Of a stretch of 64,000 nt of DNA, positions 1-10,494 are shown piece by piece. Below the pieces are notes generated by a model. That model was not told where the DNA came from. It made no database searches and saw nothing but the letters and a program-made list of their open reading frames with translations. Source of the stretch: Actinomycetes bacterium (lineage in GTDB: Bacteria; Actinomycetota; Acidimicrobiia; Acidimicrobiales; Palsa-688); the NCBI GenBank assembly GCA_021809105.1, contig JAKBAM010000002.1:201025-265024 (forward strand). Reading direction: 5' to 3'. Both the position numbers and the translations under genes were made by a program. Position 1 is the first letter of the stretch, and each line of letters starts with the position of its first letter.

Positions 1-3000
1 TCGTCGCATGCGGCGACGACCCGGCCGCCAAGTCGTCGACGCTGGCCTGCGACAGCCAGTACACCTTCGAGGATGCCTGCGTGCCGGTCCTGTACCCAGG
101 CGACCAGCAGGAGGTGCTCGACCTGGGGGTGCACGCCTTTTACATGTCCCGATTCGCCGGGTGCTGGGTCGGTATCAAGATGGTGACTGCCGTCGCCGAC
201 GGCATGGGCACCACCGACCTCGGGGCCGACCGCCATCAGCCGTCGGCCCCTCTCGGTGTGCACGTGGACGGGGAGCCCTGGACCCACCGGCCGCTGACGA
301 CCGTTGGGACCCACGCCGTTCCCGGTCAGGAGATGCTGGTCGCCCACAGCCGGCTGGAGGCGGCCAAGGCCTATGCGCGCCACAACGGGATCGATCGGGT
401 CCTCGGCGCGGCTGCGGGCGCCCGCCTGGGGGTCGTCTGCGCGGGCAAGACCTACTTCGACGTCGTGCAGGCCTTCGCCGACCTGGGTGTGGGACTGGGC
501 GACCTCGAAGGGATCGGGATACGGGTGATGAAGCTCGGCATGACCTGGCCCTTGGTCGAGCAGACCGCCATCGAGTTCGCCTCGTCGGTCGAGGAGATCC
601 TCGTCGTGGAGGAGAAGCGCCCGTTCGTGGAATCGCAGCTGCGGGCGGTGCTCCACGAAGCCGGTTTGCGCACTCCTGTCTCCGGCAAGCGTGACGGCAG
701 CGGGAGCCCGCTGGTGTCGCTTGCCGGCGAGCTCGACCCGTCCGCCGTGCAGAAGGCCATTGTCCGGCTGGTGCCTGAGCTGCAGGCGCCGCCCACCGCC
801 ACCAGGAAGACCATCCCGCTCGTACCGCTGCCTGGCCGGCCGCCCGGCTTCTGCAGCGGGTGTCCTCACAACCGGTCCACCGTCTTCCCCGACGGCGCCC
901 TGGTGGGGGGCGGCGTGGGATGCCACGGAATCATGTACTTCGAGGCCCGGCACCTGGGAATGCGGAGCATGCCGCCGACCCCGATGGGAGCGGAGGGCGT
1001 GCCCTGGATCGGCTTGGCTCCCTTCGTAGAGGAGCCCCATCTGATCCAGAACCTCGGTGACGGCACGCTCAGCCACTCGGGCACGCTGGCTATCAGATCC
1101 AGCGTCGCTGCGGGGGTCGACATCACGTTCAAGATCCTCTACAACACCGCCGTCGCCATGACCGGCGGCCAGGAGGTCACCGGCTTGATGGACGTCCCAT
1201 CGATGACGCGAGCCCTGCAGGCCGAGGGTGTAAGGCGCATCGTGGTCTGCGCAGAGGACCCCGGCCACTACGGCCGTGGAGCCAGTTGGGCAACGGGAGT
1301 CGAAGTCGTGGGGCGGGAGCGGCTGGCGAAAAAGCAGGAGGAGCTACGCCAGGTCCCAGGCGTCACGGTGCTGATCTACGACCAGCGCTGTGCGGCCGAG
1401 GCCCGACGGCTGCGTAAGCGGGGCCTCCTGCCCGAACCTCCGCAACGGGTGGTGATCAACGACGCCGTGTGCGAGGGATGCGGCGACTGCAGTACCAAGA
1501 GCAACTGCCTGTCGGTCCTCCCGTTGGCAACTGAGTTCGGCGAGAAGCGGCAGATCCACGACTCCTCCTGCAACCGCGACTACAGCTGCCTCGAGGGGGA
1601 CTGCCCGTCCTTCGTCACCATCACCCCGATCAAGAAGCAGGAAGGCCGCAAGCCGGCGGGAACCTGGAGGCCGCTGCCGGCCGGGGACCTCCCACTGCCC
1701 CAGGTGCCAGAGGTCGAGTCGCCCTACGGCATCTATTTCACCGGCATCGGCGGGACCGGAGTCGTGACCGCCAACCGCATCCTGGCCAGTGCAGCTCGCG
1801 CCGCCGGTTTCCACGTCGGCGGCCTGGACCAGACCGGACTATCGCAGAAGGCCGGGGCGGTGGTCTCGAATCTGCACCTGGCTCGCCACCGGGAGCAGCT
1901 GGGTTCGGCGACGATCGGTTCCGGCGGCGCCGACCTCTACCTGTCCGGCGACATCCTCCAGGCGGCCGGCGAGAAGCATTTGGACAAGATCGGCGCAGGT
2001 CGGACGGTAGCGGTGGTGGATCGTGACGTCACCCCGACGGCCGCCATGCTGCAAACAGCTTCGGTAGCTCCCGACGTCAACGACCTCGAAGCAGTCATCG
2101 CCGATCGGACAGGCCCCGACCGCGTCGCCTTCGTCGACTCGAAGGTCATGGCGGAGGCCCTCTTCGGCAACCACCTGCTGGCCAACGTCATCCTGGTGGG
2201 CGCCGCTTTCCAGATGGGAGGTCTCCCGTTTGCGCTCGATGACCTGGACCTGGCGATAGGTGAGGTGTCGCCCGGTGGTGCGGAGCAGACCCGGGCGGCC
2301 TTCGCATGGGGTCGCTGGGCCGCCCACGACCCGGCCACCGTCGCCGGGGCAGTCGTCTCGGCGGCCGGCGCCGTTGATGGCGCGGTGCCTGGGGTCCACG
2401 ACCCCACTCCGGCGGCTATGTCGGCGGCGGAATCGCTGGTCGCTTCCCGCGACCTGCCCGACGGGGTCAGGGACCTCGCCACCCGCCGGACGGCGCAGGT
2501 CATCGACTACCAAGACACCCGGCGTGGCGTCCGCTACCTCGAGCTGGTGGCGAAGGCGGCCGCGGTCGACTCGGCCGCCCGGATGTGGGCCCTCACCGGG
2601 GCCGTCGCAGACGCCTGGTTCAAGCTCCTCACCTACAAGGACGAGTACGAGGTGGCCCGCCTGCATCTGGCGTCGGATTACCCCCAGCTTGCCCGACAGC
2701 TCGGTATCGACGGTCCCGTCGAGGTTCGCTACCACCTGCACCCGCCAGCGCTGAGGCGCCTCGGCCTGTCACACAAGCTGGCGATGGGGCGGCCGTACGA
2801 GATGTCGTTCCGGGCGCTGAGGGCGATGAAGCGGCTGCGGGAGACGCCACTCGATCCTTTCGGTCGCGACCCCGATCGTAGGGTAGAGCGGGCTCTGATC
2901 CGGGAGTACGAGCGTCTCTTCGCCTCTCTGGGGGGAGTCGACTACGAGACCGCTGTCCGCCTGGCCCGCTCCCCGATGGCGATCCGCGGATACGGGCCGG

Positions 3001-3089
3001 TCAAGCAGGCAGCGGTGGAGCGATGGCAGCGTGACGTGACCGAGCTGACTGGGGGACACTTCGTGCCTCGCCTGGCCAGATCCCGATGA
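1..3089 (+). CDS. indolepyruvate ferredoxin oxidoreductase family protein (fused IorA/IorB type), 5'-partial; runs off the window start
   Basis: The frame is open from nt 3. GDDPAAKSSTL and DSQYTFEDA match the thiamine-PP/POR family. CEGCGDCSTKSNC is a 4Fe-4S ferredoxin motif. About 150 aa of the usual N-terminus are missing. Confidence 0.85.
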   Translation, partial: VACGDDPAAKSSTLACDSQYTFEDACVPVLYPGDQQEVLDLGVHAFYMSRFAGCWVGIKMVTAVADGMGTTDLGADRHQPSAPLGVHVDGEPWTHRPLTTVGTHAVPGQEMLVAHSRLEAAKAYARHNGIDRVLGAAAGARLGVVCAGKTYFDVVQAFADLGVGLGDLEGIGIRVMKLGMTWPLVEQTAIEFASSVEEILVVEEKRPFVESQLRAVLHEAGLRTPVSGKRDGSGSPLVSLAGELDPSAVQKAIVRLVPELQAPPTATRKTIPLVPLPGRPPGFCSGCPHNRSTVFPDGALVGGGVGCHGIMYFEARHLGMRSMPPTPMGAEGVPWIGLAPFVEEPHLIQNLGDGTLSHSGTLAIRSSVAAGVDITFKILYNTAVAMTGGQEVTGLMDVPSMTRALQAEGVRRIVVCAEDPGHYGRGASWATGVEVVGRERLAKKQEELRQVPGVTVLIYDQRCAAEARRLRKRGLLPEPPQRVVINDAVCEGCGDCSTKSNCLSVLPLATEFGEKRQIHDSSCNRDYSCLEGDCPSFVTITPIKKQEGRKPAGTWRPLPAGDLPLPQVPEVESPYGIYFTGIGGTGVVTANRILASAARAAGFHVGGLDQTGLSQKAGAVVSNLHLARHREQLGSATIGSGGADLYLSGDILQAAGEKHLDKIGAGRTVAVVDRDVTPTAAMLQTASVAPDVNDLEAVIADRTGPDRVAFVDSKVMAEALFGNHLLANVILVGAAFQMGGLPFALDDLDLAIGEVSPGGAEQTRAAFAWGRWAAHDPATVAGAVVSAAGAVDGAVPGVHDPTPAAMSAAESLVASRDLPDGVRDLATRRTAQVIDYQDTRRGVRYLELVAKAAAVDSAARMWALTGAVADAWFKLLTYKDEYEVARLHLASDYPQLARQLGIDGPVEVRYHLHPPALRRLGLSHKLAMGRPYEMSFRALRAMKRLRETPLDPFGRDPDRRVERALIREYERLFASLGGVDYETAVRLARSPMAIRGYGPVKQAAVERWQRDVTELTGGHFVPRLARSR

Positions 3090-3769
3090 TCAAGCGCATC
3101 CGATTCGCCCGGCTCCGGCCGGGCGCCACCCCGGAGGACTGGCGCGACACAATGCGGCGCGAAGCGGAGGGTGGTGTCGGGGCGGCTCCTCTTCGGGTGG
3201 TCGTCTGCGAGGTGCTGAGCGGGGACAGTCCGGACGCGCTCCACGACGGTGTGGGCATCGAATGGTTCACGGATGCAGACCACCTCGCTCGGTGCGACGA
3301 GTGGGCGGCCGGCCGGCGCGACGAGGTGCTCGACGGCGCGAGGAGCCCGTTCCTCCTGGCCGAGGAGTCGGTGATGAGGGGTGCTGACTGGCTGGCCCGG
3401 CGCTGGCGGTCGTCAACCGACGTGCTCAAGCACATGGCTCTCGCCCGCCGGGCGGCCGGCCTGACCTCCGAGGAGTTCTCGGCCAGGTGGCGTAGCCGGG
3501 CGGGCACGCTCGGGTCGGCTGCCGGCCCCGTACTGGTCATACCGGAGAGGGCCAAGGGTCAGGCGTACATACAGAACCACGTCCTTCCCGTCCCTCCCGG
3601 CGGATGGCCCTACGACGCCGTCAACGAGGTGTACTTCGATGACATCGAGTCCCTCCGCTACCGGTTGAGCTGGTTCACCGAGAACATGAGCGCTGGCGCC
3701 GAGAACGATCTCGTGAGCACCGCCACCTTCCTCGCATTACGGGAGAGCCTGGTTCTGCCCTTGCGGTAA
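3086..3769 (+). CDS. EthD-like / hypothetical protein
   Basis: ATGA overlap with the upstream IOR stop. 227 aa with two weak EthD-like halves. No strong motif. Confidence 0.4.
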   Translation: MIKRIRFARLRPGATPEDWRDTMRREAEGGVGAAPLRVVVCEVLSGDSPDALHDGVGIEWFTDADHLARCDEWAAGRRDEVLDGARSPFLLAEESVMRGADWLARRWRSSTDVLKHMALARRAAGLTSEEFSARWRSRAGTLGSAAGPVLVIPERAKGQAYIQNHVLPVPPGGWPYDAVNEVYFDDIESLRYRLSWFTENMSAGAENDLVSTATFLALRESLVLPLR

Positions 3770-3832
3770 TGAGCACTCACTCTTAAGCTCTACGGCGGGA
3801 CCGGCGCCGCCGGCCCATGACGGAGGTGTGAG

Positions 3833-5050
3833 ATGGCTCTTGGGGACCTGGGCGGCGACCGAGGCCTCGGTTACCGTCTCATCGACGCGGACCATCATTA
3901 CTACGAGCCGTACGACGCGTTCAGCCGCTTCATCGAGCCGGACTTCGTGGACCGGGCGATCAACGTCCGGGTCGACGAAAATGGCCTCGGCAAGCTGTAC
4001 TTCGGGGACCGGCAGTTTCGGTTCATGCGGGTGACCCAGACGGACTACATCGGCGCGCCGGGCTCCCTGCGCCGGATGCTCGACGACCCCGACAGCGAAG
4101 ACGGCTTCGTCCACCGCCAGATCATCCGGGGATGGGACTACCCCGACATGATGCAACGGGAGCCCCGAGTGGCCAAGATGGACGAGATGGGCGTCGAGTC
4201 GGGCCTGATGCTCGGGACGATGATGCTGCAGGCGGAGAATGAGCTGCACGACGACGTCCCGGCCCTCTACGCCAACATCCGGGCTTACAACCGCTGGCTG
4301 GACGCCGAGTGGGGTTTCGACCGCGACGGCCGCATCATCACGGCGGCGATGATCTCGTTGGTGGACCCGGATCTGGCCATCGCTGAACTGGCCCGTGTCA
4401 TCGACGTGGGAGCCCGAGCCGTGGTCATGAAGCCGGGTCCCCTTTGGGGGCGGTCCCCGCTGGACCCGGCCTACGACGGGTTCTGGGGACGCCTGCAAGA
4501 TGCGGACGTCAAGCTGGTGTTCCACAGCACCGACCCCCGCTATCTTGCCACCCTGGGAGCTGAGTTCGGTGATCCTCCAACGCCTGCGATGCAGGGCCAG
4601 ACCCCGTTCCAGTGGTACCTGATCTCGGGTAAGCCGGTGGCCGACACGCTGGCTTGCTACGTGTTGAACAACCTTTTCGGTCGGTTCCCCCGGCTCACCG
4701 TGGTAGCACTCGAGTGCGGTATCAACTGGGTGGTGCCGCTCCTCCACGACATCGATCACGCCGCCCACATGGGTCGCGCGGGCCGCTGGCCGGGAGGCAA
4801 GGTCGAGGGCCGCCCGAGCGAGGTTCTCATGCAGCACCTTTACGTCTCTCCTTTCTACGAGGAGGACGTCGTAGGCCTCGTCCGCAGCATCGGCGCCGCC
4901 CGGGTGCTCATGGGATCGGACTACCCTCACCCCGAGGGGGTGGCCGATCCCATCGACTGGCTGCGCAAGCTGGAAGGGCTGAGCGACGCCGAGATCCGGA
5001 TGATCATGCGTGACAACGCCGCCCGCCTGCTCGGCATCGACGCGCGCTGA
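3833..5050 (+). CDS. amidohydrolase family protein (amidohydrolase_2 / ACMSD-LigW-like metal-dependent hydrolase)
   Basis: N-terminal IDADHHYYEP and C-terminal GSDYPHPEG are typical of PF04909. RBS gaggtgtgag upstream. Confidence 0.75.
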   Translation: MALGDLGGDRGLGYRLIDADHHYYEPYDAFSRFIEPDFVDRAINVRVDENGLGKLYFGDRQFRFMRVTQTDYIGAPGSLRRMLDDPDSEDGFVHRQIIRGWDYPDMMQREPRVAKMDEMGVESGLMLGTMMLQAENELHDDVPALYANIRAYNRWLDAEWGFDRDGRIITAAMISLVDPDLAIAELARVIDVGARAVVMKPGPLWGRSPLDPAYDGFWGRLQDADVKLVFHSTDPRYLATLGAEFGDPPTPAMQGQTPFQWYLISGKPVADTLACYVLNNLFGRFPRLTVVALECGINWVVPLLHDIDHAAHMGRAGRWPGGKVEGRPSEVLMQHLYVSPFYEEDVVGLVRSIGAARVLMGSDYPHPEGVADPIDWLRKLEGLSDAEIRMIMRDNAARLLGIDAR

Positions 5051-5102
5051 GCGGACCAGCCGCCACGACAGGCACCGAAGACAGGGACTGAGGAGAGAGA
5101 CC

Positions 5103-6287
5103 GTGGACAAAGAAGCCCTCGATCGCAGCATCGCCCGGCGGCTCATCGATCACATCGAACACAAGACCACCGACATGGTCGACAGTGTTCTCGAGCTACC
5201 GGCTGACATCTACAGCTCCGACGCGCACTACCGGCACGAGGTGCACGTGCTCTTCAGGCAGCGCCCGCTCGTGTTCTGCCTGTCGGGGGCCCTGCCCGGC
5301 CCGAACAGCTACATCACCATCGACGTGCTCGGGGTGCCCCTGTTGATCACGCGCGACGGCGACGCCAAGCTTCACGCCTTCGCCAATGTCTGTCGGCATC
5401 GGGGCGTGAGAATCGTCGACGGCCACGGCGAGAGCCGTCGCTTCACCTGTCCCTTTCATGCGTGGGTCTACGACACGGCCGGCAAGCTGGTCGGCGTCCC
5501 CGTCCCCGAAGGTTTCGAGGGCATGTGCCGGGAGCGTAAAGGCCTGCTGGAGCTGCCGGTGGCCGAGGGGTACGGGCTAGTGCTGGGACGGCTGGAGCCC
5601 GGGCCGGAGGTTGACGTGGATCGCTACCTCGGGCCCGGTCTGGTCGAGGAGCTTTCCCTCCTGGACTTCGCCGATTGGCAGCTGATCGGTGAGCCGCACA
5701 TCCATCCCGTCGAAGCCAACTGGAAGACGACTCTCGACACGTTCCGGGAGAATTACCATTTCAACTACCTGCACCGCACAACGCTGGCCGAGTACGCCTA
5801 CGGCGGGGTGCTGACCTTCGATGCCTTCGGGGACCACGTCCGCAACGCATCCGCCATCCGTAGCATCGACGAGCTGAGGGGTGTACCCGAGGAGGAGTGG
5901 ACGGACCCCTCCCGCCACTTCAGCTATCAGTACGCCCTCTTTCCCAATGTGTGCCTCGCCTTCGACGCCCGCCATGTCGAGTTCTGGCAGATCGTCCCCG
6001 CAGGCCCCCGCCGCTGCGAGGTGCTCCACATGGCTTACGTGCGCACGGGGATCCCTGATGGAGAGGTCAAGACGCTCACCGACATGGCGCCCTGGATCTG
6101 CCGGGCCGTGGTCGACGGCGAGGACTTCTGGGTGGCAGGGCGCACCGAGCCCGGCTTGTCCGCCGGCCTCCTCGACAAGGTTGTGTTCGGTCGCAACGAG
6201 CCGGCCCCCCAGCACCTGCACCGGGGCTTCCTGGCTGCCCTGGAGCAATCGGACGGACCCTCGGCTTCAGCCCCGTCGGGCTTTTGA
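5103..6287 (+). CDS. Rieske (2Fe-2S) aromatic-ring-hydroxylating oxygenase alpha subunit
   Basis: CRHRG...CPFHAW Rieske motif. GTG start at 5103 preceded by gaggagagag. No beta subunit adjacent. Confidence 0.8.
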   Translation: MDKEALDRSIARRLIDHIEHKTTDMVDSVLELPADIYSSDAHYRHEVHVLFRQRPLVFCLSGALPGPNSYITIDVLGVPLLITRDGDAKLHAFANVCRHRGVRIVDGHGESRRFTCPFHAWVYDTAGKLVGVPVPEGFEGMCRERKGLLELPVAEGYGLVLGRLEPGPEVDVDRYLGPGLVEELSLLDFADWQLIGEPHIHPVEANWKTTLDTFRENYHFNYLHRTTLAEYAYGGVLTFDAFGDHVRNASAIRSIDELRGVPEEEWTDPSRHFSYQYALFPNVCLAFDARHVEFWQIVPAGPRRCEVLHMAYVRTGIPDGEVKTLTDMAPWICRAVVDGEDFWVAGRTEPGLSAGLLDKVVFGRNEPAPQHLHRGFLAALEQSDGPSASAPSGF

Positions 6288-6968
6288 CGGTGTGATGGGC
6301 GGGAAGAAGCCCCGGCAGGTCCCCTCGGCGGCCAGGGCCACCGCCCGGTCTCGGTCGAACTTCCGATTGTGATGGCTCTCGAGGGCCAGGACGAGGGCTG
6401 TCCCCAGGACGGCCCTGGCCGAGATGTCCGGCGACTCGAAGTTGAAGCCGTACCTGTCCTCCACCTGCCGCCACGCGTCGGCGAGGCGATCCATGGCCAC
6501 GGAGAGATGCTGCTTGTAGAACCGCCTGGCGACCTGAGGGTCACCGAAGAGCACCAGGCCCAGGAGCGGGAGGACCTCCGTCAAGGTGGCCATGAGCTGC
6601 CGGTACAACCCGTTCATGGTCTCGAGCTGGCGATCGGGCGTGAGCGGCTGGTCCCGGTCGACGACCTCCGAGGCTGCGACCAGCGCATCGACCGCCTCGC
6701 GCAACGGCTCGACAACCGCTTCGTAGAAGAGTTGCTCCTTGCTCTCGAAGTGCCGGTAGATCACCCCCTCGCTGATCTTGCCGTACTCCGCGATGACCTT
6801 GATGGTGGTGCCGTTCACGTCGCCTGTCTCGCTGAACGCGCGACGGGCTGCCTGGAGGATCGAGCTCCTTCGCTCGTCCGCGGTGAGCCGGCGGGCGCGT
6901 GGGGCCTGCTTGGAAGCGACCGGGTTGGACGCGGATCTAGCCACGGGGCCTGACAGGTGCGCTGGCAT
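6267..6968 (-). CDS. TetR/AcrR family transcriptional regulator
   Basis: HTH region SSILQAARRAFSETGDVNGTTIKVIAEYGKISEGVIYRHF. ATG at 6968 chosen; the ORF extends to 7166 but the extension is low-complexity. Confidence 0.7.
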   Translation of the reverse strand: MPAHLSGPVARSASNPVASKQAPRARRLTADERRSSILQAARRAFSETGDVNGTTIKVIAEYGKISEGVIYRHFESKEQLFYEAVVEPLREAVDALVAASEVVDRDQPLTPDRQLETMNGLYRQLMATLTEVLPLLGLVLFGDPQVARRFYKQHLSVAMDRLADAWRQVEDRYGFNFESPDISARAVLGTALVLALESHHNRKFDRDRAVALAAEGTCRGFFPPITPSKARRG

Positions 6969-7061
6969 GGGTATGGGCACGCGGCGACATGCGGTGATCC
7001 TAGGCGAGGCGACTTCGGCGGAATTGACCTCCGGGATGCCGCCCGCGGGACTGGATCCGGC

Positions 7062-7090
7062 TGTCAAGTGAGTGTTTACTGACATTGCCC
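7062..7090. promoter_or_regulatory. AT-rich inverted repeat TGTCA-N14-TGACA in the TetR/ACAD divergent intergenic region; candidate operator/promoter
   Basis: ctgtcaagtgagtgtttactgacattg is AT-rich within about 70% GC DNA. It lies between divergent genes 6968(-) and 7165(+). Confidence 0.3.
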
Positions 7091-7164
7091 GGGTCGGGCG
7101 TGTGGAGCTACGGTTTGACCGACCCGGTCGAGGGGTCTGGACTCGTTGCCGAGGGTGAGGGTGC

Positions 7165-8313
7165 ATGGACTTCGAGATGGGGGTAGAGGTCGAGGCGCTG
7201 CGTCGGGAACTGCGGGACCTCGTCGCGCATCACGTTCCTTCCGATTATCTGGGTGCGTTCACCGACGACCCGGCCGACCTCGAGATGGCGCAGGGGTTCT
7301 GTCGGCTACTGGCGGACCGGGGCCTCTTGTGCCCGGCGTGGCCGGGGGAGTGGGGCGGGCGGGACGCGTCACCTTGGGAGCAGGCTGCGGTCCGCGAGGA
7401 GATGTGGGCGCACCACGAACCGCGAGGTGCGCAGTACATGGGGGTCAACTGGGTGGGCCCGACCATCATGCGTCACGGCACTCGTGAGCAGCAGGGCCTG
7501 CACCTCCCGCCGATCGCTCGAGGGGAGGTCATCTGGTGCCAGGGTTTCAGCGAACCGAACGCCGGCTCGGATCTCGCCTCATTGCAGACGATGGCCCGGC
7601 GTGACGGGGATGGCTGGCGGGTGTCGGGACAGAAGATCTGGACCTCCTATGCCACGATGGCGCAGTGGTGCTTCCTGCTAGCGCGCACCTCGCGCGAGGA
7701 GCGCAAACAACAGGGTCTGACCATCTTCCTCCTCCCGATGGCGGCCGCGGGCATCGACGTCCGCCCCATCGCCACCATGATCGGGCCTCACCACCTGAAC
7801 GAGGTGTTCTTCGATGGGGTCTGGGTCACCGATGCGGACGTGCTCGGTGCGGTGGGAGACGGCTGGAGGGTCGTACAGGAAGTCCTGTCGTTCGAGCGGG
7901 TGGGTATCGCCCGATACGCCCGATGCGAGCGCCTTCTCATCTGGGCTCCGGCCGCCCTCGGGGCCGAGTGGGACGACCTGCCGGAGGACCTGCACGGCCG
8001 TTGGGCGCGGATGGTGATGCATGCCCGGCGCGCCCGGCTGCTCGCATACCGCGTGGTGGACCTGCAGTCGCGCGGTCAGGTCCGGCCCGGGGACGCCGCG
8101 GCGTACCGGATCGCCGTGACCAGGCTGGATCAGGAGAGCGCGCAGGTACTGATGGACATCATCGGGTTCGCTGCGCTGGGCGAGGGTGAGGGCCTCCGGT
8201 TCCGGCGCGCTGTGGAGGATCACTGGCGGTACTCGATCTCCGCGACCGTCGCGTCGGGCAGTATCGAGATGCAGCGGATCCTGCTGGCCAGGGCGCTCAT
8301 GGCGGCGTCGTGA
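7165..8313 (+). CDS. acyl-CoA dehydrogenase family protein (alpha-type subunit)
   Basis: ACAD fold across the N, middle and C domains. 382 aa. Confidence 0.85.
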   Translation: MDFEMGVEVEALRRELRDLVAHHVPSDYLGAFTDDPADLEMAQGFCRLLADRGLLCPAWPGEWGGRDASPWEQAAVREEMWAHHEPRGAQYMGVNWVGPTIMRHGTREQQGLHLPPIARGEVIWCQGFSEPNAGSDLASLQTMARRDGDGWRVSGQKIWTSYATMAQWCFLLARTSREERKQQGLTIFLLPMAAAGIDVRPIATMIGPHHLNEVFFDGVWVTDADVLGAVGDGWRVVQEVLSFERVGIARYARCERLLIWAPAALGAEWDDLPEDLHGRWARMVMHARRARLLAYRVVDLQSRGQVRPGDAAAYRIAVTRLDQESAQVLMDIIGFAALGEGEGLRFRRAVEDHWRYSISATVASGSIEMQRILLARALMAAS

Positions 8314-9290
8314 ACATAGAGCTGTCCGACGAGGCGGAGGAGTACGGACGCCAAGCCCGCCGAGCCCTCGGGTCTGCCGGTGGCGACCGGCTCGCACAAC
8401 AGGCTGAGGCCGATCCCCATGCGCGGGGCGCTCTGGTCGATCCCGTTTTCGAGGCCCTCGGTGCCTGGGAGCTCGATCCGAGAGCAGGATCGGAGGAGCT
8501 CGAGGCGGGGGCGGCTCTGTGCCGCAGCGCGGGCTGGTGGGCCCTGGCCTACCCGGTGGCGGAACGGCTTTGCCGGCCGCGGGACCTAGATGTCGACGGG
8601 CTGGTGGTGATTGGTCCCGGACCGCCCGCTGCGCCGGTCGGCGGTCTTCGGATGGCGTGGGCCGCGGTGTCCCTCGACGGTTGGCGCGCCGTGTGCGCCG
8701 CGAGTCCGCTTCGTGGCCCGGTTCGCAAGTCTGGGTATGTCGTCGGGCTCGAGGTCGGCTCGTTCGAGCGGGGAGGCCAGGGCGATGTCGCGCTCGGGCT
8801 CGTGCTGCCGTGCTGGACGCTGCTCGGCATGCTCGACCGGGCGATGTCGCTCACCCGGGCGCACATCGCGGCCCGCGAGCAGTTCGGCCAGCCTCTCGCC
8901 GCTTTCCAAGGCGTGCAGTTCCAGCTGACAGACGCGGAGGTGGAGCGGCTGGGCTTCGAGGCGTTGGCCACCCACGCACTGTGGAGCATCGAAGCCGGTC
9001 GCGCGGATGCCGTGGACGATGCTCTTGCGCTGCGGCTGGCCGCCATCGAGGCGGCCGACACGGTGTTTCGCGTCTGCCACCAGTTGCACGGAGCGATCGG
9101 GTTCTGTGACGAGACGACTCTCTCATGGGTGTCACGGGCCAGTGTGCCGCTGCGCCGGCTGCCTCTCAACCTGGCGGGCACGGGCGCGGCGCTAACGCGC
9201 CGCCTCGGCCGGCGCGGCCTGTCGGGGCTGTTCGGACCGAATGACGAGCCGTCACCGACTTTGCCGGCCCTGCGCCCGGAGAGGCGCTGA
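8310..9290 (+). CDS. acyl-CoA dehydrogenase family protein (short, beta-type partner)
   Basis: GTGA overlap with the upstream ACAD. 326 aa with ACAD C-terminal-like helices. The pair arrangement matches heteromeric ChsE/FadE enzymes. Confidence 0.7.
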   Translation: MNIELSDEAEEYGRQARRALGSAGGDRLAQQAEADPHARGALVDPVFEALGAWELDPRAGSEELEAGAALCRSAGWWALAYPVAERLCRPRDLDVDGLVVIGPGPPAAPVGGLRMAWAAVSLDGWRAVCAASPLRGPVRKSGYVVGLEVGSFERGGQGDVALGLVLPCWTLLGMLDRAMSLTRAHIAAREQFGQPLAAFQGVQFQLTDAEVERLGFEALATHALWSIEAGRADAVDDALALRLAAIEAADTVFRVCHQLHGAIGFCDETTLSWVSRASVPLRRLPLNLAGTGAALTRRLGRRGLSGLFGPNDEPSPTLPALRPERR

Positions 9291-9291
9291 G

Positions 9292-10494
9292 GTGGCGGTT
9301 CCGGACCGGGATCTGGCCGAGTTCCGCTCCACCGTCGGGGACTGGTGCAGGGCGAACGTGCCGAAGGACTGGCGCCGCGCGCAAGCGGGCGCTCCCGAGG
9401 AACAGTTTGTGGCGTTCCAGAAGGCGTGGTTCCAGGAGCTTCGCCAGGTCGGGTGGGCGGTGCCGCACTGGCCGGCGGAGTGGGGCGGCGGGATGTCGGT
9501 CGCCGAACAGATCGTCCTATACCAGGAGCTTGCCGCAAATGACGCTCCCCGGCTGGTGCTGGCCTTCGTCGCCATCCACCATGCCGCCTCCACCCTGCTC
9601 GTGGCTGGTACCGACGAGCAGCGCCGCTGCCATCTCCCGGCCATCCTGGACGGGGAGCTGTGGGTGCAGGGTTTCTCCGAGCCCGATGCCGGCTCCGATC
9701 TGGCCAGCCTCCGCACGACCGGGCGGCGTGAGGGCGATGTGTTCGTCGTCAACGGCCAGAAGCTGTGGTCGAGCGGCGCCGCACACGCCGATTGGTGCCT
9801 CCTGCTGGTCCGTACCGACCCGGGCGCGCCGAAGCGGGAGGGGATCTCCTACTTCCTCATGGACATGCGCACGCCCGGCATCGATGTGCGCCCGATCAGG
9901 AACGCCAACGGCGAGTCGCACTTCTGTGAGATGTTCCTCGACGATGTGGTGATCCCGGTGTCGGGTCTGGTCGGGCCCGAGCACGGTGGCTGGCGTGTAG
10001 CGCAGGAGACGCTCTCCGCGGAGCGGGGGATGACGATGCTCGAGCTATCAGAACGCCTCGGTAGAGCCGGCTTCACCTGGCTCCTGGAAGCCTGCCGCGT
10101 TCGGGGGCCCTCCGGGGATCGATTGCTCGACGACCCGGTTGTAGCGGACCGGCTCGCGGCGTTCGAGATCGAGGTCGCCGGGCTGCGCTCCCTCTGCCGT
10201 CGCGTGGTGGAGCGCCACGAGGCCGGCGCCTCCGCCCCCGCCGAAGCCTCGATCGCCAAGCTGCTCTACAGCGAGTTGCTGCAGCGGGTGATGGATTTCG
10301 CCACCGAGGTGGTGGGGCTCGAGGCTCACACCCAGCTGACCAAGCCCCTCTCGAGCGGCTGGGAGTCAGGGGCTTGGATGCTCGACTACATCGGCTCCTA
10401 CGAGTGGACGATCCCCGGAGGCACCAGCGAGATACAGCGGACCATCATCGGTGAGCGGGGGCTCGGGTTACCCCGAGAACCCGCGGCGCGCTGA
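9292..10494 (+). CDS. acyl-CoA dehydrogenase family protein (alpha-type subunit)
   Basis: GTG start 1 nt after the previous TGA. The WVQGFSEPDAGSDLASL motif is shared with the gene at 7165 (CQGFSEPNAGSDLASL). Confidence 0.8.
   Translation: MAVPDRDLAEFRSTVGDWCRANVPKDWRRAQAGAPEEQFVAFQKAWFQELRQVGWAVPHWPAEWGGGMSVAEQIVLYQELAANDAPRLVLAFVAIHHAASTLLVAGTDEQRRCHLPAILDGELWVQGFSEPDAGSDLASLRTTGRREGDVFVVNGQKLWSSGAAHADWCLLLVRTDPGAPKREGISYFLMDMRTPGIDVRPIRNANGESHFCEMFLDDVVIPVSGLVGPEHGGWRVAQETLSAERGMTMLELSERLGRAGFTWLLEACRVRGPSGDRLLDDPVVADRLAAFEIEVAGLRSLCRRVVERHEAGASAPAEASIAKLLYSELLQRVMDFATEVVGLEAHTQLTKPLSSGWESGAWMLDYIGSYEWTIPGGTSEIQRTIIGERGLGLPREPAAR

Noticed and set aside
8549-9538. 329-aa and 167-aa minus-strand ORFs across the ACAD genes
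   Set aside because: They are antisense to the ACAD pair, and their low-complexity Pro/Ser/Arg composition suggests GC artefacts. The same applies to the many sub-100-aa ORFs throughout the window.
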